Shown: positions 1-6,928, counted from the first letter of the stretch. The stretch is DNA of 12,349 bases from Candidatus Helarchaeota ASGARD archaeon Hel_GB_B (GCA_005191425.1 SUPR01000097.1:1-12349); one strand, 5' to 3'. Numbers and translations are program-made. Notes: generated by a model from the letters alone, not told the origin.

Positions 1-1388
1 AGTATTGAATTGAAAAATATATTCAAAATTATAAAAGCAAATAAATTAAATGAAAAATAAATTGGAAACCATGGATATTTAGATACGGATGGGACAATTC
101 CATAAAGATTCAGACCAACTGAGATATATAATATTGTAAATAATATTATTGATGAAATTATTCCTATGGTAATATGTTTAAGCAATATTTTTTTAGAAAT
201 ACTGAATGGGGTCTTGAATATTTTCCAAAAATTTAAATTAATTTTCTTTGTAGGCCTCCAAAATAGAATTATAATAGCAAATATGACCCCAAATAAAAAC
301 ATCGCCGTTGCCCCTGCTATAGGCAATGGTAAAAATATCAGAATTGGTATCATTAATAACATTGAAGGAATTCCGGCAAGAAATGAATAAATAAATAATT
401 TGATGAACAGATTCAAACCCGATTTATTTTCAATTTCCACTTTTTTGATGTCATTTTCTTTAACTTTTATAAAGAAATTTGATATTACGTCCGTTATTAA
501 ATAAAAGAAGATGATACCACCAATAATTTGTATTAACAAGAAAAATGCTCTAATATTAACATAAAAATTTGTATCAATTGGAATAACATCGGGGAATGTA
601 TTTAAAAGCCAATCTCTTGATATTCTAATAGGGTCTTGGTCCCAAGCCAAGAATACATGATCTGAATTATCATCAAAAAAAAGTATGGACGCGTTACCGT
701 CTTTAAAACTACCATATAAACGGTTAGGGACAATTTCTGATGGTGATTTATTTAATAATTTGCTAATTGATTCAGTTGTTTCTTTTAACGAAAAAACTTC
801 ATCAAATTTTGCTTGCGCCATTAAAATATTAAGTGTACGGTTTGTTCCCAAGTCATTTTTAGTTATATTAAGAAAAGTACCAATACCAATAAAACATTTA
901 AAAGAATTATCATTCTTCACAATTATATTACCTGGCCACCCGCCCATAGAAAACCCAAGATAACCTAATTTACTTATATTTACATCTGATCGTGAGTCAA
1001 GATATGTTTTAATTGCCTTTACATCATTGATCAACTGACTAAAGTCAAGTTCACTCCCACTTTGACCATGCCCTCTAAAATCGAGAGTAGCTACAACAAA
1101 CCCTGAGGTAGCAAATTCTATTGCATAGCCCTTCATCCACTCTTTACTGTCCATTATTCCATGTCCAATAATTACCGCTGGCTTGTTTACTGCATTACTG
1201 TTAGGTTCATAAACATTGAAAACTATTGTTGTCCCATCTTTTGTCTTTATTGTCAGTCCATATGTAATTTTTACACTCGTAGGAATCATAAATGTTAGAA
1301 TTGTCCCTAATAGAAATATGATAATAGAAATACAAATTACTAAAAATTTTATATTATTTTTAAATTTTATCTTTGTATTTATCTTCAG
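1..1388 (-). CDS. Membrane-associated alpha/beta-fold hydrolase (N-terminal TM/signal anchor, serine-hydrolase domain, C-terminal multi-pass membrane domain); 3' end runs off the window
   Basis: Manual translation of the minus strand gives a frame that is open from 1415 to the window edge. It reads ...KFLVICISIIIFLLGTILTFMIP (hydrophobic anchor)...PAVIIGHG (oxyanion loop, GHG 1166-1158)...LDFRGHGQS...LGFSMGG (nucleophile elbow GxSxG, 956-942)...AKFDE...DDNSDH (candidate catalytic His 659-657), followed by several hydrophobic TM-like segments. The start is uncertain: CTG at 1388 is shown, and the first ATG is at 1289. Confidence 0.88.
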   Translation of the reverse strand, partial: MKINTKIKFKNNIKFLVICISIIIFLLGTILTFMIPTSVKITYGLTIKTKDGTTIVFNVYEPNSNAVNKPAVIIGHGIMDSKEWMKGYAIEFATSGFVVATLDFRGHGQSGSELDFSQLINDVKAIKTYLDSRSDVNISKLGYLGFSMGGWPGNIIVKNDNSFKCFIGIGTFLNITKNDLGTNRTLNILMAQAKFDEVFSLKETTESISKLLNKSPSEIVPNRLYGSFKDGNASILFFDDNSDHVFLAWDQDPIRISRDWLLNTFPDVIPIDTNFYVNIRAFFLLIQIIGGIIFFYLITDVISNFFIKVKENDIKKVEIENKSGLNLFIKLFIYSFLAGIPSMLLMIPILIFLPLPIAGATAMFLFGVIFAIIILFWRPTKKINLNFWKIFKTPFSISKKILLKHITIGIISSIILFTILYISVGLNLYGIVPSVSKYPWFPIYFSFNLFAFIILNIFFNSI

Positions 1389-2063
1389 TTTTATTTTAAA
1401 TTTTGATAGATTTTCCTAATTTTAATTTATTTAATTAATTTCTCGTATCTGATTTTTATCCTTAAAATATTAATTTGAGATATGGAAATATTTCCTTAAC
1501 ACCATTAAATAATTTTTGATATTTATTTTTTTAGTTTGATTTTTTTATTTTATATCTTTACATAATTGTACCAAGAGAAAAATCCACGGAAAAAATTTGT
1601 TATTAGATACTTGAATCTATGAATTATTTAGAATTTTATAAAAATCTCTAAAAAATTATTAACGGTTTGAACATTTGTTATAATATAAAGTCGCGACATA
1701 TATCTTATCAATTGGTAAAATGTATTATTTATTAATACAAAATTAGTCTAATTTAATCACAAATAGTTTTTAAATAGAATATTGTTTTAATTTTCATAAT
1801 AATAAATAAAAAGAATGTAAAAAATAGTTGTTATTAAATTAAAAAAGATAAATGTGGATTATTTAATTAAGTACTTAACCAATATAGTGATTTAAAATCA
1901 TTTTTTTACAAATTGAAATTAATAAGATAACTATTTTAATCTTATAATTTAATATATATGTCCTAGATAATATCTACATTAAAAATCATCTAAAAGATAA
2001 ATTAAAAAATTAATAATGAATTTAATTACAAAAACTCTTTAAATATTAATATACCATTATTTT

Positions 2064-2621
2064 ATGAATAAAAATTACGAGATGAAAAAAATGGAAGGAG
2101 ACTTTCAGAAAGTCTATAAAATATGCTTTTTAGGAGATCCAGCAGTTGGTAAAACATCAATAATAATAAGACATACTGAAAAAAGATTCGAAGATACATA
2201 TAAATTGACAATTGGAACAGATATTTCAGCAAAATTAATGCAAGTTGAAGATAAAAACATTTATTTAATAATATGGGATATTGGGGGGCAAGAACGCTAT
2301 CAAATTTTACGAGAAAGTTATTTACAAGGGTCATTTGGGGCAATAATTGTATTTAGCATTTCTGATAAAGAATCTTTTAATCATGTTAGTGATTGGCTAA
2401 ACGAATATTGGAAGACTTGTGGAAGATTACCTGTTTTAGTCCTTGCGAATAAAATTGATTTAAAGGATGAAAGGGTCGTTGATGATGAAGAAATTAAGAA
2501 AAAATTTGAAGAATTAGGAATTCAATATTTAGAAACATCTGCAAAAACAGGTGAAAATGTTGATAAGGCTTTTGAGTTAATAATACAAAAAATTTTTAAA
2601 GAAGAATCAGAAAAGAAATAG
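2064..2621 (+). CDS. Rab-like small GTPase (Ras superfamily), no C-terminal prenylation motif
   Basis: G1 GDPAVGKT, G2 TIG, G3 WDIGGQ, G4 NKID, G5 ETSAK. RabF-like stretches IGTDI, YLIIW, RYQILR, YLQGS, IVFSIS. Ends ...KEESEKK with no Cys. The true start could also be the in-frame ATG at 2082 or 2091. Confidence 0.95.
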   Translation: MNKNYEMKKMEGDFQKVYKICFLGDPAVGKTSIIIRHTEKRFEDTYKLTIGTDISAKLMQVEDKNIYLIIWDIGGQERYQILRESYLQGSFGAIIVFSISDKESFNHVSDWLNEYWKTCGRLPVLVLANKIDLKDERVVDDEEIKKKFEELGIQYLETSAKTGENVDKAFELIIQKIFKEESEKK

Positions 2622-2794
2622 ATTTTATATCTTTATTTGCAATTTATTCATTGATATCTAAAATATCTTGATGTTTATATACAAATTTAAGGTAACTATA
2701 TCATTTTTCGTCTTCATTTTGAAAATTTTATCCTTTATATTAAAAAACTATATTCAAAAAATTTTTTAATAATAATAAAATTTTAATGTTAAAG

Positions 2795-2802
2795 TTTAAT
2801 TA
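2795..2802 (+). promoter_or_regulatory. Possible TATA box (TTTAATTA, preceded by purine-rich AAAG as a BRE-like element) for the tRNA gene
   Basis: Lies about 24-31 nt upstream of the tRNA 5' end at 2826, the expected archaeal spacing. The AT-rich background makes this weak. Confidence 0.3.
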
Positions 2803-2842
2803 AAATTAAACATTCAAAAAATAATGCGCCATTAACTCAGCC

Positions 2843-2879
2843 ATTGTTAGAATATACTTAAACTATTCTACAACTGAAT
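2843..2879 (+). other. tRNA intron 1 (37 nt), non-canonical D-loop position 17/17a
   Basis: Central helix TCAG (2837-2840)/CTGA (2874-2877), 3-nt bulges CC|A (2841-2843) and AT|T (2878-2880), and inner hairpin TTG-t-TAGAATA/TATTCTA-CAA. Cutting after the second nucleotide of each bulge restores a typical archaeal D-loop AGCCTGGACA. The outer helix is only 1 bp (C2836-G2881), so the BHB is relaxed. Confidence 0.85.
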
Positions 2880-2901
2880 TGGACAGAGTGCCAGCCTTAT
2901 A

Positions 2902-2953
2902 AGAGCACATTGCGTGTTCAGGAATTGGCTGTACTTTGCACATGCTCTAAGTG
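2902..2953 (+). other. tRNA intron 2 (52 nt), canonical position 37/38
   Basis: Strict hBHBh': anticodon stem CCAGC/GCTGG, central helix CTTA (2896-2899)/TAAG (2948-2951), bulges TA|A (2900-2902) and TG|A (2952-2954), inner helix GAGCA (2903-2907)/TGCTC (2943-2947). Confidence 0.93.
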
Positions 2954-3024
2954 AGCTGGAAGTCAGGGGTTCGAAGCCCCTATGGCGCATAATTTTATAA
3001 AAAATATAACGAAAGGTCATAAAA

Positions 3025-3915
3025 ATGTTAAAAGTGGTGGGAGGCTCATCCGCAAAACACATAGCATTTGAAGTAGCTAAAGAATTAAATACCGAATATA
3101 TTATGGTAAATACTAGGAAATTTCCTGACGGAGAAAAATATATAAGAATATTAGATGATCACATTAAAGGAAATTCTTATGCCGTTATTCAATCAATGTA
3201 TAGGACTCCTGACGAATATTTAATGGAATATTTTTTTATAACAAATGTTCTTAAAACACATGGAGCTGAAAAGATCATATCATTTATCCCATATTTTCCT
3301 TATGCAAGACAAGATACTGAATTCAATCCAGGTGAGCCTATCAGTTTTAAAATTATAGCAAATTTAATTGAGAATGCAGGTACAGATATTTTATATACAT
3401 TTGATCCACACCTTCATCGAATTAAATCGTTGTCTGATTTATTTACTATTAAAGCTCAAAATATTTCTCTAATTCCTATGATCGTCCGGTACATTAATAA
3501 TAATTATAATTTAAAGGACGCAATCATAATAGGCCCTGATGAAGAAAGCGAGCAATGGACTCAAATGGCTGCAAATGAAATAGAAATTGAATATGACATA
3601 TTACAAAAAGTTAGACATGGCGATTATGATATAGAACTTAAGCCCAGAAATTTAGAGGTCTTGAATAGAGATATTATTTTAATAGATGATATCATTTCAA
3701 CAGGTAAGACTATGGCTGAAACAATAAAAGTTTTAAAAGACCAAGGGGCTAACAAAATTCTGGCAGCTGCAAGCCACCTATTATTGATTGGTGATGCTTT
3801 AATTAATCTTTATCGTGCTGGTGCCGATGTAATTATCGGCTCTGATTCTATTCCGAGTCCAGTTAGCCAAGTAAAATGTGCACCCTTGATTGCTGAGATT
3901 CTTAAAAAAATGTAG
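3025..3915 (+). CDS. prs: Ribose-phosphate diphosphokinase (PRPP synthetase), compact archaeal type
   Basis: Motifs FPDGEKYIRI, PYFPYARQD, DPHLH, and the PRT loop IILIDDIISTGKTM. The 296-aa length fits archaeal PRPP synthetases. Confidence 0.96.
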   Translation: MLKVVGGSSAKHIAFEVAKELNTEYIMVNTRKFPDGEKYIRILDDHIKGNSYAVIQSMYRTPDEYLMEYFFITNVLKTHGAEKIISFIPYFPYARQDTEFNPGEPISFKIIANLIENAGTDILYTFDPHLHRIKSLSDLFTIKAQNISLIPMIVRYINNNYNLKDAIIIGPDEESEQWTQMAANEIEIEYDILQKVRHGDYDIELKPRNLEVLNRDIILIDDIISTGKTMAETIKVLKDQGANKILAAASHLLLIGDALINLYRAGADVIIGSDSIPSPVSQVKCAPLIAEILKKM

Positions 3916-3941
3916 TTGGTAATTATTATAAAAAATCTTAA

Positions 3942-3957
3942 TTTTTTTATTTTATTT
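3942..3957 (+). terminator. Possible oligo-dT archaeal terminator after prs
   Basis: T-rich run TTTTTTTATTTTTATTT about 25 nt after the prs stop, in the gap between convergent genes. Confidence 0.3.
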
Positions 3958-4053
3958 GACTTTTACAAATATTTTAAAATAATCTTGGACAACATTCTTG
4001 AACTTTTTTATTTAAGCAATAAATTAATAAACACTTGAATAATAATATCCGTC

Positions 4054-5130
4054 TCAATATTTTTTTAATACTTGATGGTCATAATTGGGGCCATAAGTAA
4101 GTGTTATCTGGTAAAATGTTTTTGATTGTGTAATAACTTTTTCAAGATTACCTTCAACTACAAATTTTTCATCTGTATCAAGTTGTCCCCTAAATTCTTC
4201 AACAAAATTGGTAATTTGTGTGATATCGCCAACTTTTGGACCATTTAAAATATTTTCAATTTCAATTGGACATGTACCACCAATAAAAAAGCATTCAGAA
4301 TTATCAAGTATTCGTCCAACAGCCTTTATCCAGCCAACCTTTTTAATTTCCAAATATTGGTCATATATCCCAATTTCCGACCAATTTTTTACTGGTTCAA
4401 ATTCTATTTTAACTTTTCTATCGAATTTTTTGGATTTAATTATTGAATATATTCCTTTTTTCTTTTGATATTTCAAATATTCTTTAATTGAATAATTTTT
4501 AAAATACCAATGTTTGGGAGTTATATTAGCAGGATTTTCGTCAAATTCATTTTTTATGGGAAAACTTTTATCCGAATAAAAGTCAAGTAAGACGGTCCGA
4601 AGTTCTTCTAAACTCTTTTTACCATAAATTATCAAATCGATGTCTGAATATTTTAGATGATAAAAATCGTGAAGAATAGAACCAAATATACCGAACCTAT
4701 GTGGCTTTAACCCGCTATGGTCTTGAATGATCTCCAATATGTCCATTAATAATTCAATAAGTTTATCTGGCGAGTCTTTTGAAATAATGTTTTTTAGTTT
4801 TTCATCTGGTTTTCTAAGTTCTTTTATTTGGTCTTTTTTTATTCCCACTTGGTCGCAATTGAGTGGATTATAATAAATTAAATATTGTGGATAATTTTTT
4901 TTAACAAAATTAAGACCACCATCTGCATAAAATTTATAAAATGTCCCATATTTTGAGGAAATTCTGGGCGATCGTGGATCTTTTGATTGGTAAATGCTAG
5001 AATGTGCATATTCAACATCACATAAACATGAATTTGGAGGATGTAAATATCCATATACTCGGAAAATTATTCCTTCTGGCGATATTGGTGCATCTCTATC
5101 TCTAACTCTAAAATCCATCATCTTTCTCAC
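4054..5130 (-). CDS. DNA polymerase beta-superfamily nucleotidyltransferase-domain protein (COG1665-like archaeal family), probable C-terminal OB-like beta domain
   Basis: FGIFGSILHDFYHLKYSDIDLIIYG matches the hG[GS]x9-13DxD NTase signature. The N-terminus (RVRDRD...FRVYGYLHP) and a beta-rich C-terminus recall the archaeal COG1665 family; the family assignment is from memory. The start is GTG 5130 or ATG 5121/5118. Confidence 0.8.
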   Translation of the reverse strand: MRKMMDFRVRDRDAPISPEGIIFRVYGYLHPPNSCLCDVEYAHSSIYQSKDPRSPRISSKYGTFYKFYADGGLNFVKKNYPQYLIYYNPLNCDQVGIKKDQIKELRKPDEKLKNIISKDSPDKLIELLMDILEIIQDHSGLKPHRFGIFGSILHDFYHLKYSDIDLIIYGKKSLEELRTVLLDFYSDKSFPIKNEFDENPANITPKHWYFKNYSIKEYLKYQKKKGIYSIIKSKKFDRKVKIEFEPVKNWSEIGIYDQYLEIKKVGWIKAVGRILDNSECFFIGGTCPIEIENILNGPKVGDITQITNFVEEFRGQLDTDEKFVVEGNLEKVITQSKTFYQITLTYGPNYDHQVLKKY

Positions 5131-5134
5131 AACT

Positions 5135-5151
5135 AAAAAAAAATGAAAAAA
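5135..5151 (-). terminator. Oligo-dT tract between the V4R-like gene and the nucleotidyltransferase gene
   Basis: The minus strand reads TTTTTTCATTTTTTTTT immediately after the TAA at 5154-5152, resembling an archaeal U-tract terminator. Confidence 0.35.
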
Positions 5152-5955
5152 TTACATTACCCATGTTGTAATATCTGAACATGGTTTTTTCGGGTCTTCT
5201 CTGACATTTTCATCCAACAGAAATTCATAAGGTGTGTGTTGGTAAAATTCTTTTTCTCTAAAGATTATCGGTATTTCATCTGGACCAATTTTTACAAAAC
5301 ATGGGCAATCTTGTTTTAATTCTGGTCTACTATTTGGGTCTCTTGGATTTTTTATTAAACCAAATCCATAGGTACATTGTATTTCCTTTTTACAAATCCC
5401 CACTCTAAATTCATTTCCACACGTAATCGCTTGTGCAAAAGTTTCATCCTCACACTGAATTACTTTAAATTTACATGTATCACATGTTTTACCTTTGATC
5501 AGTTCTGTAGGTCTATTTTCTAGCACTTCTATTGTTAAATTTTTTGACAAATTTTTTAATATTGCGAGCATTACCGGTCTACAAAACATATAAGCACAGT
5601 TCCAAATATATGGTACCTCTTTAAATTCATCACTTTCCAAGAATTCCATGCGCATTTTATCAAATGGGCAACGACCAAGTATTAAAATATCTCCTTGAAT
5701 TGTACATTCTATGTCCAAAGTATAATTTATTGCCCATTCAAGTAAATTAACACCATATTCAACTGATTCTTTTTCTGGTTTTAATTCTTCTACTAATAAT
5801 TTACCTACATCGTTAAAAATATGATACATCATATATTGAGTACTGCATAATGCCTGCCACATACCTACTGTGGATCTCTTTAATAGAATGTCCCATTTTA
5901 CAGATGAATTTAGTATCTTTTTTATAACTTTCAAATGAAATAAACTCTTACTCAC
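5152..5955 (-). CDS. Cys-rich hypothetical protein; N-terminal V4R/ATC-hydrolase-like ligand-binding domain plus a Cys-containing C-terminal extension
   Basis: 14 Cys. The pattern RCPF...C-x4-C...TCDTCKFKV resembles the Zn-binding V4R-type fold. The GTG start is supported by a strong SD. Confidence 0.55.
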   Translation of the reverse strand: MSKSLFHLKVIKKILNSSVKWDILLKRSTVGMWQALCSTQYMMYHIFNDVGKLLVEELKPEKESVEYGVNLLEWAINYTLDIECTIQGDILILGRCPFDKMRMEFLESDEFKEVPYIWNCAYMFCRPVMLAILKNLSKNLTIEVLENRPTELIKGKTCDTCKFKVIQCEDETFAQAITCGNEFRVGICKKEIQCTYGFGLIKNPRDPNSRPELKQDCPCFVKIGPDEIPIIFREKEFYQHTPYEFLLDENVREDPKKPCSDITTWVM

Positions 5956-5957
5956 TT

Positions 5958-6734
5958 TTATTCCTCCTTAAAATTATCCCATGAATTTCCTAATTTATTA
6001 AACCAAGCTTTTTTCTTTGGAGACTCGCGATCTGGTCCTCTTTTTCTTGGAAATAATGGATATGCTAAACTAACGAATCCAATAATCGAAAATTCCGGAT
6101 AACTTATATTGCACATATCTGCTATTTTATTTTCTGCAGCAGGACTAGACATTGGAAAATTAAAATAGCATGCTCCGATCCCAAGGGCATGTGCCATCAA
6201 CATCATATTCTGGGCTAGCATAAATGAACAGCCCATACTCATCCTACTTGCTAATTGTTGAGCTGTAATGGGGACTATGTCCGTGAAATGTTTTGCACCA
6301 ACTAATCCTTGTCTGCACGCAATTACCAATATCACAGCTTTTTCAATATAGTCCATAAGCCACCCCGTACCCATTAATGCAGTTGATATCCCAATAGCTG
6401 ATGGCTTTTTCATATAACCAAATCGCCATGCTGCTACTTCCTTCCAAGTAATTTGACCGCCACCAAACATATATTTACAAAAAACTCTACCCAATCTTGC
6501 AATTGCTTTTCGGGTCTTTAAATCGGTTACTACAACTATTTCCCAAGGTTGATAATTTTCGGGACTTGGTGCTTGACATCCAGCATCAATAATTTTTTCT
6601 ATGATTTCTTTTGGAACAGGTTTTTCTTCGTATGAATACACCCATCTCATTGCACGCCTATTTTTTATGTTATTCCAAACATGAATCGCATGGATTCTTT
6701 TCTCTTCATCTTCAATCTTATCAAAAACACTCAT
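5958..6734 (-). CDS. Nitroreductase-superfamily FMN-binding oxidoreductase
   Basis: IKNRRAMR (FMN-binding RRxxR), APSPENYQPWEIVVV, and AQNMMLMAHALGIGAC. There is a long central insert (GGGQITWKEVAAWRFG...). SD-like GGTG at 6744-6741. Confidence 0.92.
   Translation of the reverse strand: MSVFDKIEDEEKRIHAIHVWNNIKNRRAMRWVYSYEEKPVPKEIIEKIIDAGCQAPSPENYQPWEIVVVTDLKTRKAIARLGRVFCKYMFGGGQITWKEVAAWRFGYMKKPSAIGISTALMGTGWLMDYIEKAVILVIACRQGLVGAKHFTDIVPITAQQLASRMSMGCSFMLAQNMMLMAHALGIGACYFNFPMSSPAAENKIADMCNISYPEFSIIGFVSLAYPLFPRKRGPDRESPKKKAWFNKLGNSWDNFKEE
5963..5969 (-). promoter_or_regulatory. Shine-Dalgarno AAGGAGG for the GTG at 5955, embedded in the last codons of the nitroreductase gene
   Basis: The minus strand reads ttt AAGGAGG aa TAA aa GTG, a 7-nt spacer. 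Confidence 0.75.
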
Positions 6735-6928
6735 AATTTACACCAAATTGATATTTTGTTTTTTTTAAATTTAATTTTTTAATTGGTTATGCTTTAATTT
6801 GTCTTATTTAAAAAGAATTTCAAGAATTAAAGACTTTTATCAATAAAAATTTAGATTAATAATTTAAAATAATTTGTCTAAATAAAAAATACATACTTAA
6901 ATTTAATCTGGATTTGTTTAAAGGTTAT

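Larger units (their letters stand above)
2826..2989 (+). tRNA. tRNA-Ile(UAU) precursor with two introns; exons 2826-2842, 2880-2901, 2954-2989; CCA not encoded
   Basis: The spliced sequence GCGCCAT TA ACTC AGCC|TGGACA GAGT G CCAGC CT TAT A|A GCTGG AAGTC AGGGG TTCGAAG CCCCT ATGGCGC A (75 nt) folds into a complete cloverleaf. It has a 7-bp acceptor stem, a 4-bp D stem, G18G19, G15-C48, a 5-bp anticodon stem, U33, anticodon TAT at 2898-2900, a 5-bp T stem and discriminator A73. Confidence 0.95.

Noticed and set aside
166-1419. Plus-strand ORFs 166-390, 685-963 and 1216-1419
   Set aside because: They are antisense shadows of the minus-strand alpha/beta hydrolase, which has the real catalytic motifs.
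1579-1595. TCCACGGAAA as a mini-ORB (replication origin) in the long AT-rich gap
   Set aside because: It is one base short of the TCCAnTGGA core, occurs once, and has no adjacent orc1/cdc6 gene.
2062-2343. Minus-strand 93-aa ORF
   Set aside because: Antisense to the Rab-like GTPase, with no independent motif.
2895-2900. Alternative anticodon reading CTT (Lys)
   Set aside because: It would break the 5-bp anticodon stem, the U33 position and the 37/38 BHB register, all of which fit TAT.
2908-2942. Possible nested third intron within intron 2 (CAT bulge plus TGCG/TGCA helix)
   Set aside because: The geometry is a 3x2 internal loop with the bulge on the wrong side of the helix, not a BHB.
2843-2953. 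tRNA introns as embedded C/D-box guide RNAs (as in euryarchaeal tRNA-Trp)
   Set aside because: Neither intron has an RUGAUGA C box. The single CUGA is part of the intron 1 BHB helix.
2868-3062. Minus-strand 64-aa ORF
   Set aside because: It is the reverse complement of the tRNA 3' half (GFEPLTS = T-arm) and the prs start, so it is not a protein.
4208-4468. Plus-strand 86-aa ORF
   Set aside because: Antisense to the nucleotidyltransferase.
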